A DNA stretch of 63,826 nt, filler included, from Rhabdomonas costata (GCA_019059605.1; 35 parts of 35 records of this genome joined end to end with filler, not necessarily neighbours in it), one strand, 5' to 3'. Positions 51,371-63,757 are shown, counted from the first letter of the whole stretch. Numbers and translations are program-made. The notes: generated by a model not told the origin, from the sequence alone.

Positions 51371-52876
51371 ATGACGAGCACTGCGGAGGCAGCTGCGCCC
51401 TCTTCCGTGGTTTGCCTTGTCTCCCCTAACGGCGACCGGTACGAGGGGACGGTGGATGCCTCGGGCAAAAAATCAGGGCAGGTTAGTGGCGGTTTCTGGT
51501 GAGTGTATACGGGTGGTCTTTGAGACACCCTGCTTGCATACCATCCCTCGTGGCTCATTTTCAGAGGTTAGGGGTTTCCCATAAGTGGCAACCTGGTGGG
51601 GTTAAATTGCTGCTTTTCCAGTTCCTGCTCCTTCGCTTTTTTTTGTTTCAGGGAACCCTACGATATGCCCATGGCGCAGTGTACTGTGGTGAGTTCCGAG
51701 ACGACCTCAGATGGGGAAAGGTTCTGAGTTTTGAGCTTTTGTTGACGTTGTTCCAGCTCGGAATTAATGTTGCCAGACTCAGACCCAGGGTTTTTTGTTC
51801 GGTAATCCAACTGTTGCAGCCTAATTCCCACCGGTTTTTTTGCAGGAGGGGGGGGGGATGGTATGCGCTCCACCTTGTATTGTCCAGTTTTGGGTTCGTG
51901 ATTTGTATATTGCGTGAGGGGCCTTTGCCACATTGTTGTTTTTTATTGTTATTGGGAGCATTCGTGAATGGAATAACCCTTCAAATGACTTTACCGGTGA
52001 TACAGGCACCCGAAATATTCAGAAATGAAGGTTCTCTAAAACGTCGGCGCCAGCTAGAGGTGGACCTATACTGTCCCCAAAGTGTCATTCGTCTCCATGT
52101 TCATGCTGTCCCGTGTGCCCTTCTCCCGGCAACCGTGTATCATGTTTCAGGGAAAGGTCACCTATTCCAACGGGGAGTACGAGGGCGACTTTGAGGCAGA
52201 CTTCCCCCACGGCTTTGGGCGGTGCACCTACGGCGACGGCTGCCACGAGGGACGGTGGGTGCGGGGCGTGCGTAGTGGCCCTGGGGTGTTCACTTACACC
52301 CTGCCCAGCAGCAGGCTGGCCACCCTCTCTGGGGTGTTCCAGGGGAACACCCTTCGGGGGGACGCCACCGTGGTCTACCGTAATGGCAACCGCTATGTCG
52401 GGTCAGTCAAGGGCTGGGAGCCCAATGGCGAGGTACCTGCATAGGGGCGTGCTGGTTGTTGAAGAAGTTGCCATACGGAAGGCCATTTATCTTCTTCCGC
52501 ATAAATGCCCCTGGTCGCCGCAGACCCTGGTTAACGCGATCGAAGCCATTTTCTGAGGGATGATGGGCCAGTAGAGGGTGCTCATCGCTGATATATCGAC
52601 ACTCTTGCGGATTGTGCCTCACTTGCTCGTGTGTACTCCAGTTGATGTGCATACCGCCACTGTGTTGCTCACTTCTCACTAAAATTTCTGGGCTGTCTGA
52701 TGGGGTTGGAACTTGCGCACCGGTGCGGAAAGTGAAGTGCGGAAATCGGTTGCGGAAATCCTGCTTGAACGCGCTTAAACGTGGTGTTGGCTCGACGACT
52801 GTGTCCACCGCGTTTTTCGCAGGGGACGATGCACTACACCAACGGTGACGTTTATTATGGGCAATGGAAAAGAGGG
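51371..52876 (+). CDS. MORN-repeat protein, 5' part; exons 51371-51481, 51652-51720, 52151-52432, 52823-52876
   Basis: NGDRYEGTV..GKKSGQ|GTLRYAHGAVYCGEFRDDLRWGK|GKVTYSNGEYEGDFEADFPHGFG...NGNRYVG..EPNGE|GTMHYTNGDVYYGQW. Confidence 0.93.
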
Positions 52877-52976
52877 NNNNNNNNNNNNNNNNNNNNNNNN
52901 NNNNNNNNNNNNNNNNNNNNTTAATTAATTAANNNNNNNNNNNNNNNNNNNNNNNNNNNNNNNNNNNNNNNNNNNN

Positions 52977-54200
52977 TGTTTTTTTTAAAAGAGATGGCCA
53001 GGGGGTGTAATCCGCCACGCGTGTCCGCGGTCCATACGTAGTAATTCCATCCGGCGTCCGGGCATCCTGGCAGGTACCGCTTATCCTTGTGCTGGTTTGA
53101 CTTGTCCAAAGGATCTTGGGCCCCGCCATGCCGCGACCACACCGTGAAGTCCAAAGCGCGTGGGCCTTTGGGAAGCATGTTCGGGAACAGCAGGTCGGCG
53201 GGTACCAGTTCAAATATTACAGATTTCAGCAGCTCCATAACCGCGCCAGACCATCCACTTCGGCATGCTGCTGACAATGCTTTTGAGGCGGTGTAAGGTG
53301 AGCTGTTTGGAAAGCGCTGAAGCGCCGAACCGCCGAGGGCATGAGTGGCAGCGGCTGGAGTATCCGGAGTAGTGGCAAGATGTATGGCTGTGCCAACAGC
53401 GTGACGATCCGGGCTATTGTCGAGACAGTGCGGCGGAGTGTGGGCCGTTCGCCCAGTTTGATTTGTGGTGCAAAGGAGTTGAGGCCATGACCACGGGGAC
53501 AGCAGGGGCCTTAGTTCAAGTACGTGGTGGACGGGACTGGCGGCCGTGGGCCGGTTGCGCGTCTACATTGGTGCGGTGGAGAGTGCCTCCACCTGGAAGA
53601 CCCATATGCAGCGGCGGATGCGCACGAAGTCTCTCAGTCATGTGCACAGATAGCGGCGGAAATGGTCCTCCGAGTTGCCTCTGAGGTGAGGCCAAGCGAC
53701 AGCATGACAAGCTCATAGTACAGCTTGGGGTCTGGAGGCGGGACCTTCCGGCATAAGTGGTGGTAGGTCGCAGGGACCAAAACTCCCATCCAACGGGTGT
53801 TGCCCACCACCACTAAGGCGGTGGAAAATGAGGCGGCGTCACGGATTGGAGGTCACCTTGGAGCCAGATATTGGTAATGAACATCCACCACAAATTGGAT
53901 GAAGATCAAGCCTCCAGTACCGTAGATGTGTATGACATGAGTAGGAGCTGAGTCGTGGACGCGGTCGGTAGCCCGCAGTGTACTCTGCCCTACGAGGTCT
54001 CCCCGTGTGTCCATGGAAAACACTTCCAAGTGGCAATGGGTATGATGCAGCATGGCGCTTAGCATCTTCAAGATGGCTCGGGTGCGCACATTTTCCGTGG
54101 AATCCCACTCGCCAGACCAGCGCTTGCCCACTCGATGGCAAGCAGCACAGCTTCAGCGGCGGCGGAGAGTTCCAGGGTCCTGGACTTGGCAGGAACTATG
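52977..54200 (-). mobile_element. Decayed RLE-type non-LTR retrotransposon 3' region (CRE-like)
   Basis: Frameshifted HLRY/GGLIF (LPxRxGGLG-like), then the restriction-like endonuclease signature LVPADLLFP...ALDFTV...HKDKRY..GC..GW...ADTRGGLHPLA. Confidence 0.82.
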
Positions 54201-55238
54201 GGGCCGAGGCCTCTGGCATGGGTTGGTATGCATTTGATTAAGCCACAGACAATGGCTATGAAATGGCACCGACAACTCTCAGAGCCCCTGCCACTGAGCT
54301 ACCTCAAGCGGCACCCATTCCGAACCTTCAGGCTCATGATTCTGAACCAACAGCTCCACAGTTACCTCGGTAGTCATGAAGGCTAGCCAGTCGCTGGACT
54401 CTGACGCATTGACAAGTTCGCCAACAGGCTCATCCACTCAATCGCTGAGATTCGCTGAGGCTCATGGAAGACAATCCAGTTTGTACCTGCAGAAATCCAC
54501 CCTGAGTGGGTAAAAATTATAACCTCAACTAACCTCAATTTCCCTAGGAGACTTCTTTGCCTTCTTTATTTCAAATTGCAACGAAAGCGCTACTCGCGGC
54601 CGATCCAGGCAAGAGGCATTCAGAAGAACCCTGCGGGCCAGCATCTGCAACAGGAACGCTGGCCGATTTATGTATATATGGGAATCAGTTAAGTTTAAGT
54701 TNNNNNNNNNNNNNNNNNNNNNNNNNNNNNNNNNNNNNNNNNNNNTTAATTAATTAANNNNNNNNNNNNNNNNNNNNNNNNNNNNNNNNNNNNNNNNNNN
54801 NGTGGGTTGTCCAAGATAGACTCGAGTCTTCGCCCAAGCTCCGAAGAAAAGCTCACCAACTGCGCGAAAGTCAACGCCCCGCCTTGCCCTGCTAAACAAA
54901 ACACTCTGTAGCTCAATCAATGAGCAGGGGGGGGGGAGCAACGGATTGATGGTCCTCCAGGAATTCCTTTCTCGACTGAGTTTTCGCTCACTGTTCGCGG
55001 CCCAGTCTGTCCCTCACCCCCCACGCCAGTCATTTTCGTTCATCCAGCGCACCGAGGACATCTCGAGCACTGACACAGGGCAAGATGCCAGGGAGACGGA
55101 ACGCGGAGAACATTGGGTGCGAAGTGGAGATCCGAGGTGTGTTTGTGTGTGCGGGTTCACCGGTAGGTTGCGATCTGCCCCGGGGCGCACCCGTGGGGGT
55201 TGCCCAACTTTAGGCGGGTCTCGGTCAGCTTAGCCAAC

Positions 55239-56463
55239 CGCTTCTGCTGCGCCGGGGGCACGGTGATGCCGCTCTGCGCAACGGCCTGAAATTCCATCTG
55301 GTGCGCGTGCTTCATGTCCGCCTTCAAGTTGGAGGTCTTTTGCAGCAGCCTGGGAACGTTACGCCCCCCACTCTTACCATGACTGCAGCCATCACTACAC
55401 CCACTAGAGAGACTGTGTGCATCAAGGATAAAAAAACCTCAAAAAAGGGTGCAACCCGTCGTTCCAGGGTGCAAGGTTAAGCTCACGCCTGGGACAGGCG
55501 CTGAAAAAAAACCCAGGAACAGGAGATGGGCTGACTGGTGTAGGATGCTGTTGCGGGCACACGTTTGGTGGGCCTTCAGGCAGCGCCGAGTCAGCATCGT
55601 CCGCTCGTTCTTGATGTGCATTTCCAGCTGCCACCTCTCCTCCTAGGCGCGTAAGCGGAGGCGCACCAGAAATGGAAGTGCATTGTCGTGCATTTCTCGA
55701 GGGTTTGTTTCTGCTCCACCGCAGAGCTGAGCGGTAAGGATAAGAATTTGCCAGAGCAAAACCAAACGTTGTGCATGTCTGCAAACAAGCGAGCGATTGA
55801 AACGTGAGAGGTTACCGGCTTCGCCTCGAGTGGATTAGCATTCCCTCCTTCGTAAGCACTCGTGTTCTCACCTCCGAAGGACCAACTTCCATCCAAGTGA
55901 AAACAGTCACGAAAGGGGAAAAGCCTGGTTGATGACTGGGATGCCACATGCAACGCAGAAGGGAGAACAATCAGAATCATTCAAAAAGGTGGCGAGCGTA
56001 ACCACAACATCCAACCTGCTGCCGCTCTTGAAGGCGCTGGATCTGGCTTTGGCGATACGCCTAGAAACGACGCGGGGGTGAAAGCAAAGAACACAGCACG
56101 GAAATTATAGTTTCTCACAATGTGCACAAATGCACCAGAACACATCAGGGTACAAAAAATCGTCACACTTGAATTGTAATACAGTTAGGATTTATCGTCA
56201 CACGTGCTGGGGATACAGCCACGAGGAAGGGATGGGAAAAGTTGGTGATGCACAAGTGGTGGTGGTGGTGGTGGTGGCCGTAGCGGTTCCGTGCAAATAC
56301 AGAAGGTTGGGTCCCGTCCTGCCAGCTGACATTCGAAACCACTTCTTTTGGAACGATTCCGAAAGTGAAAGGGAGGAAAGCACCTCTCTCTGCGCGGCGT
56401 TTCGGATGTGCTCCTCCTCTTCGCGCTTCTGGATGCGCTTGTGCAGAACCTTGGCATCATCAT
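55239..56463 (-). CDS. Coiled-coil hypothetical protein; exons 56463-56384, 55642-55563, 55349-55239
   Basis: DDAKVLHKRIQKREEEEHIRNAAQRE|EERWQLEMHIKNERTMLTRRCLKAHQT|LLQKTSNLKADMKHAHQMEF; joins in phase. Confidence 0.72.
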
Positions 56464-56701
56464 CTGTTTCGGGAGCGGGCAAAGGGAAAGACGGGGGTGA
56501 TTCTGTGACCCACGGTTCACACATTTNNNNNNNNNNNNNNNNNNNNNNNNNNNNNNNNNNNNNNNNNNNNTTAATTAATTAANNNNNNNNNNNNNNNNNN
56601 NNNNNNNNNNNNNNNNNNNNNNNNNNGTTGGTTGTGTGCTGGCGACGAGTCTGGCGCCGTTCGGGCCCTGCTTTGTATTTCACCTGACCATCGCGGGGCA
56701 G

Positions 56702-57770
56702 GTCCGCCCGGACTTCTATGCGTACGGCCTGAACTGGCGGCTGTATGTGGTGCTTCCCCAGGTGAGTATCCATCCTAATTAGGACATGTAGTTAGAGGTA
56801 ATCAGCACTGGGGGCATCGCTACTGCGTTTTGAAAGACAGCGTTCTTGAGTGGTTACACATGGGTCTTAATGGGGAAGGGGGGAGCTACTGAGGGGTGCA
56901 CAAGGTATGATGGCGTGTGATTCACCGGTCACTGGTGCTTTTGTTAGCTCTCGTCGTTTGTATCCAGAACATATCTGATAGTCGGAATGGGGGTAACGGC
57001 TTCTGGCGAAAACCCGGAAACGTTCCGCGGTTTTTTTTTTGAGAGGTTTCGATGAAAATGTGTCAGTGCTTTCGTAATAAGCTGTATTTTTGTTTTGAGG
57101 CAATCCAAAAAAATGCTGGTGGATTTTACAGGGCTTTGACATGTGAATTTGTTATGAGCTTTCTTTTTGCATTGATGAGTTTGCGTGAGGCCTGCAACCC
57201 CAAAAATGCGGTTGGATGCTGACCTGTTACTAGACAAGATAGGGTTGAGAACAACCATTGGAAATGCTTTGTTCACATCAAAGGCCATGTGCGGTCACGT
57301 GCCATGATCGAAAGTCGCAGTTTTGTTGGCCCAGAAAATCCTCCTGGCGGCCATAACATTGAACTTGGAAACGACCTTTGAGCTGTTAGCATTGAATTGA
57401 ATTCTCCTTTGGGCACCCCCACGTTGCACTTTGAGGTGGGCACATCCCTGGTTCTGAGTTCTGTCCGCCCTCTATGTTTCAGGAGGAGTACTACGAAGGG
57501 GTATGGAGCAACCACCGCGTGGCAGTGATCCTGGTGGTGGTGTGCTCGGTGACCTTCTTCGTGGTGCAGCTTTTCCTGTACCGGGCCATCCTGGCCTTCC
57601 ACCTCCGCACCCTCCTGCACGGCCTGGTGCACTTGAAGGCCGCGGTGGACCGGGGCCACGCTGAGGAAGGCCCTTCGGAGAGCGGGGGTGACCCCGGCGG
57701 GGCGGAGGCCTTCTGGAGACCGGAGAACACGAAAATGTCGATATTCTCGGAAATACGGGCCCTGCACCAG
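56702..57770 (+). CDS. Membrane receptor fragment: Cache-like end, TM helix, HAMP-like linker; exons 56702-56761 and 57483-57770
   Basis: GLNWRLYVVLPQ|EEYYEGV, hydrophobic helix VAVILVVVCSVTFFVVQLFLY, LRTLLHGL and SIFSEIRALHQ. Confidence 0.65.
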
Positions 57771-58451
57771 GTTCGAACGCCGAGGCCTGAAACGGAAATC
57801 GAAATCACTGTCGCCACACCCGCACACTAATCGCACGAATTCCGCACAAACCATGAAGCAACATCATCCATCACCACACCATAGAAAAATATCCTATGTT
57901 TTCTTCTGCGGGTTGTTTTTCGAGCGGGTGCTTAGAAAAGTTTACCGGTCTCTGAAGCTCGGAAGAGAGCATGTGTAGCATAGTTCACAGAGAGATATGC
58001 AGGGCGATGCATAGTATATCATCTCCCCAGTCGTGGGAACGTGTGGCAGAGTACTTGCTTTCAACCCGAAATGACGCTACACCTGCTCAAGAATTTTGGT
58101 TTGCGTTCGCTGAGGACCGTTCAGGACCGCCCCTTCATAGTCTTTGTGGTCTGCACCAGCGTAAGAGCTCCCTTCTAAAATACTCTTGTTCCATTTTTTC
58201 TTGCAAAACCCAACAATAACAATTCCGAGAATTCGCGAAAGTCAAAAACGTTTAGCAATGTTAAACGTCGTCGGCATCCCCTCCCCACAGAGAAACTTAC
58301 AGTGGTTCCTACAAGTGGTGGTCCCTCACTTGGGGTGGTGCGGGACCACCANNNNNNNNNNNNNNNNNNNNNNNNNNNNNNNNNNNNNNNNNNNNTTAAT
58401 TAATTAANNNNNNNNNNNNNNNNNNNNNNNNNNNNNNNNNNNNNNNNNNNN

Positions 58452-60176
58452 GTTTTTTTGGTAAGTTCTAATAGTAAAGGATTTATTGGTGGATGTTATG
58501 ATGGTCGATATATCTATTTCTCTCCGTTTGAAAGTACATATACAACTGCATCAAATGGTCAAATAACAAGATATGATACATCATTACCATTTTCATCTTC
58601 TACAGCATATACTGTATTTGATACAACAACTGTTAATGCAAATAGTAAAGGATTTTTAGGATCTGTTTTTGATGGTAAATATGTATATTTTATTACATAT
58701 ATTGCAGATGGAACAAGTGGAACTACATATTCAGGAATGTTAACTCGATATGATACTACATTATCTTTCACATCATCATCTTCTTATACAACATTTGACA
58801 CATCAACAGTTAGTTCAAACAGTAAAGGCTTTCACGGATTAGTATATGATGGTCGTTATTTATACTGCATACCATCTTGTATTAGTTCAGGATATTCTGG
58901 TCAAATTACTAGATATGATACAACTGCATCTTTTACAACAAGTTCATCATATTCTGTATTTGATACAACAACTATAAGTTCAAACAGTAAAGGTTTCTTT
59001 TTCGGTGCATATGATGGTCGATATCTGTATTTAATTCCATTTAGTACTGGAATTATAACAGGACAAGTAACACGATATGATACAACATTGTCATTTACAT
59101 CTGCAAGTTCATATTCTGTTTTTGATATGACTACAGTAAATTCAAATGCTAAAGGTTTTTGTGGTGCTGTATATGACGGTCGATATCTTTATTATATTCC
59201 ATTATCAAATACTATTTTTATACGTTATGATACATCGTCTTCTTTTACTTCATCTACATCATATACATCTTTTGATGTATCAACTGTTGGAGGATCAACT
59301 TTTTATACTGGTATATTTGACGGTAGATATATATACCTAAATCCTTCTAATTCTGGTAAAATATTAAGTTATGATACAACAACATCTTTTACATCAAGTT
59401 TATCATATACTTTATTTGATGCAACAACCGTTAATTCATCATGTAAAGGCTTTAATGGTGCAGTGTACGATGGTAACTATATTTATTTTGTTCCATATTA
59501 CAATGGCAGTTCATTACATGGTACTGTATTACGTATTGTAGCTAATAAATCGATAAATACCATTATAAATTCTGTCAGACCTCAAATTACACTACAAAAT
59601 TCAATTCGTGATGTTGTATTATCTTCACCAATTAGTGGTAACTTATTGACTTATAATGGTGTCAATTGGACAAATTCAGATACAATTCCTGATAATATCT
59701 TTTTTATTAAAGATGATCTTGATGGTACCAAGAAATTACAATTTCAATTATCGGGAATAACAAGTGGACAAACAAGAACATTGACAATTCCAGATTATAG
59801 TGGTACTATTGTAGCATCTAGTAATTCTCAAACTTCTGGTTATACATTAATTTCAAATGGAACAACCCCATCATGGAGTCAAATATCAACCAGTAACATA
59901 AGTGATATATCAATATCATCAGTAGCAGATGGAAATTTACTTGTTTATTCATCTACATCTTCTAAATGGATTAATGCAGATACAATTCCTGATAATATTT
60001 TCTTCATCAAAGATGATGCTGATGGAACTAAGAAATTACAATTTCAATTATCTGGAATAACAAGTGGTCAAACAAGAACATTAACAATTCCGGATGCATC
60101 ATGTGTAATTGTTGGAGACACAAATACACAAACTTTAACAAACAAAACTTTAACTGATTCAACAAATAATATTATG
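58452..60176 (+). CDS. Intronless AT-rich ORF open at both ends (~575 aa): beta-propeller repeats plus viral fibre-like repeats; probable giant-virus or phage structural protein
   Basis: Seven repeats of SKGFxGxx(Y/F)DGRYxYxxP...RYDTxxxFxxxxSYxxFD; two units of D(V/I)x(L/I)SSxxxGNLLxY...WxN plus DTIPDNIFFIKDDxDGTKKLQFQLSGITSGQTRTLTIPD; TQTLTNKTL. A/T-ending codons are unlike the host's. Confidence 0.8.
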
Positions 60177-61199
60177 NNNNNNNNNNNNNNNNNNNNNNNN
60201 NNNNNNNNNNNNNNNNNNNNTTAATTAATTAANNNNNNNNNNNNNNNNNNNNNNNNNNNNNNNNNNNNNNNNNNNNGATGTCACTCTGTCATCTTCACAC
60301 ATAGAGGCGTAACGTGGGTCATGCTTCTCACGTTGGAGGCATTCTCACTCTCACCCTTCTGTGGTGGATGTTTGAGTGGGGTGTAGCCTTAGTCATGCAT
60401 CGGGGTGGGTGGTTCATAGTGGTTCGTAGTGGCTGTCACGTCACTGCCATCATCGCTGCAGCAACGTCACGTCAGGGTGTCAGTGTCCTCCCTTCTGGTG
60501 GTGGTACGCATCAACGTTGGGAGTGCCAAGTGTTGAGTGTGCTACCCGTAGAAGGTACGCCTCACTGTCCCTGCAGTGGGTTGGCAGCGTCAACATCAAC
60601 GGTGAGGAGTTCGGGCAGTAGGAGTGTGGGACCATCTCCGTTACCCTGCTGCCTCCACAGGTTGGACGTTGGGCCTCATCCTAACGTCACGCAGAAGGTA
60701 CAGAGTCGAAACCCTGTTCACCCACGCTGGGATGGTTATGTCATAGCATGCCCTCTGTGTGAGGTGGGAGCTACTATGGTGGTTGGGTTCACGACTCCCT
60801 CCCACGACTACCGGTGGCTCCGATAGTCAGCACAACACAACTGTGGGGCCATGACAGCAGAGCCTCAGAGGGTTACTGTGTGGCTCACCCCACGCATCCT
60901 AGTCGGCATCAGTGCATAGGCTTGACGTTGCATCACCGGTCACCGTATGACCTGTGCTCACCAGGTGTTGGTGGCCTCATCCACATGTTCCCGTGTTGCC
61001 AGGCGTACCTGATCATTCATGCTCGTTCGGACCACTGCTCATCACAGCTCTCAACGACTTCTGCGGACGGATGGATCTAGAGAGCGGCTTCTGGCGGTTT
61101 CACACCTCTCGAGGAGGAAAAGAGACAACAAAGGAATGCAGCCCTGAGGATCACAATGGGAACACCTAACCCATTTACATCGAATAGCCTACGGCAAGC

Positions 61200-62001
61200 A
61201 CATGAGGCAGAAACAGAGACAGAGACGAAGGCCGAACCCTGACACCGAACCCCGAAGACAGAAGGCAGAGACAGAACCCGAAGACAGAGACACAAAGGCA
61301 AAGACACACCATGAGACGCTGACACCACCCAACCCAACAATCGCACGATACCATCAACCACGACACCAACCACGCCATCAGCCCCAACCATCGCCAAGCA
61401 CCAGCACCCAACACCCAAGGCAACGCACGCCACCACACCCTCAGCCTCGAAGCCTCGACACCCTGACACAGAACCCGATTAGCCCAACGCACCAACCCAA
61501 CGCACAGCCTCAACCAACGACACAGCCAACAACCCCTAACACTGACTCCGACACAGACTCCTTACCTCACCCTTACACTCCTCCACAGAACCTTACACCT
61601 AACCCATAACCGTAGAATACAAGAAGAGCGCACGCACCCACGAAATAAAGGCCAACACCATGAACGCCATACCAAATCCCACACCCACACACCCACACAC
61701 CATACCATACACCATACACCTACACCTAACCCTAGAGACAGAAGGCCGACACATGGATACGAAGTTGGGTGTGCAAAGCCGGACAGGAAAGAAAGGAAGA
61801 AGGCACGAAACCAAGAGAGCGGACGCAACATCGGAATACGCAATGACACCACAAGGCATGAAACCGTGACCAGAACCACAAAGCTCAGCGCACTAACCGG
61901 AGAACTAACCAGGACACAAAGCACTAACACACACCCACGAAACCCTGCCAGAAATGGCATCAACCTTCACACCAAGAGCCGGAACCGAATAGCAATGAAT
62001 G
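61200..62001. repeat. A/C-rich low-complexity, strand-biased degenerate repeat tract
   Basis: Dense ACACC/CCAAC/ACAGA-type units with very few T on the plus strand. Confidence 0.6.
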
Positions 62002-62195
62002 NNNNNNNNNNNNNNNNNNNNNNNNNNNNNNNNNNNNNNNNNNNNTTAATTAATTAANNNNNNNNNNNNNNNNNNNNNNNNNNNNNNNNNNNNNNNNNNN
62101 NGGTTTTTGTGCCTTCCTTTTTGTGATTTTCTTCCCCTTGTCATTCTGCCGCTGCAGACCAGCATAGCGTGTGTGTGTGCTGTGTGTTTGCTCAG

Positions 62196-63417
62196 CGATG
62201 GTACCTGGCAGGACCCGCGGAGGCTCTCTGAAGACTCTCATGGTTGCATCCTGAGGTGCGCCGTGGCCATGGGCAAGCGGCTGGCTGGCCCTCAGGGGTC
62301 CTTCCGGGTCCTTTTGGCGACGGACAGCTCTCGAGTGAAGCGGTGGGCGCAGGAGGCGGTCGGATCAGAGGCACTGGTGACAACCAGTGGGGTGATCACC
62401 CACATGGACAAGTCACCTGCCGACCAGGTGCCCATAACCCATCGCTGCCAAAGGGAGGCGTGTAGAGGAAGCAAATGCTCGCCTCACGTTTACTTTAAAG
62501 GGTGCTGCAGTGTTTATTTTACAGCTCAGTGCACGTGTGATTTCCTTGTGCACTGTGAGACGTTTGGATGGATGAGCTTTGAGAGCGGTTGTGCTCCCGG
62601 GAATTGATTAGCTATGGTTGATCATCTGCTGGTTATCATTCCATTCCAAAAAGGTTGCGTCAAATCTTGTACTGATCCTCCTGGAGCCCCTGTTGCTGGC
62701 CGAGCATACAGACAGACTGGTGCTGATGTTTTCAGGTGCTGTTTTCATTTCATCTTATCTCACTACCGTGCCTAAGTGTCAAGTGCCCCGTCTGATTGGC
62801 TTGTATCAGCTTCTTTGTGCATGTAATGTTGCCCTGCGTCATATCCTCAGGGTTCAGCTTTATTGCTGGGTGGCGATCCCTGCGACCCTTCGTGCTACAC
62901 CCTGACCATGACACCACCTGCGGTGCCACCCCAGAGAGACTCAACATGAGCTCTGCGGATGAGTTTGAGACCTCCTGGTGCCCTAAGAGGTGCAAGTGCT
63001 TCTTACTTACTTCTTGTGCCATGTTTAATTCCTTTTCGCGGTGCCTTCATTTGAGACTTAAATTTCTGAGGAATACAAGTATAACTTCAGGATGACCGTG
63101 AAACGATCCCTTTTCACCTATTGCGCAGGTATCCCGCAAATTACGTCCCGCGGTTTCCACCACGCTTCCCGTACAGCCGCAAAGACAACCAGAACGTGGA
63201 CCCCTACTTTCGCGCCAGTGCCGTGTGGCGCAAGATCCGCCGCATGCCTCCGCAGGCGCCGTGCCCCTCGGCGCTTCTGCCGCCGCCGCGGGTTCGTGCG
63301 CCCGAGAAAGGCCGCTCACAGACAGGCAATCTGCACCCCACCTCACTTTTTCCACCGAACTCATTCATGCCTCCTGCAAAGCTCGAGGTGTTGCCACCAT
63401 GTCCTCGCATTCTTTAA
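62196..63417 (+). CDS. Fucosyltransferase-like (GT23/GT37-type) protein, 3' part; exons 62196-62427, 62654-62735, 62851-62989, 63129-63417
   Basis: FRVLLATDSSRVK...VITHMDK|...LLAEHTDRLVLMFSG|FSFIAGWRSLRP fits the LATD...IxHxD...LL..D..SGFS motif order; joins in phase. Confidence 0.78.
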
Positions 63418-63726
63418 AAGTATTCTCCAAGCCATGGAATCCTTCAAACTAACCTCCTGGCATTGCTGTTCTCAGTGTTCCTGTGTGCGATCACCTGGCT
63501 TTTCCAGGCAAAAGCGCATTGAGAGCCCTTTTTCCCTCTGCACGTTCCACGTGACATCCTTTGACAGCGTAATTTTGATCTTAATTCTTTCGCTCGCTCT
63601 CTCTGCTTCTCTGCTTCTCTGTTTTGTGGACCATTGGACAATGAACATTTGTTGAACTGCCTCGAATGTCAACACTTCCTGATCTCAAGCTATACCATCA
63701 CAATGACTTTGTACTTTCTGAATTCT

Positions 63727-63757
<31 letters not shown>

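Noticed and set aside
58452-59540. DGRY repeats as the variable/template repeats of a diversity-generating retroelement
   Set aside because: The repeats are in-frame protein repeats diverged at all bases. No adenine-specific near-identical pair is visible, and the RT fragments are on unlinked contigs and are non-LTR type.
52977-60176. Apparent neighbourhood of retroelement, receptor and viral-like gene as one system
   Set aside because: They lie on separate contigs apparently ordered only by length; adjacency has no meaning.
1730-62101. TTAATTAATTAA repeated every ~1826 nt, resembling a regular array
   Set aside because: Always embedded in 44+44 N; it is an artificial six-frame-stop linker, not biology.
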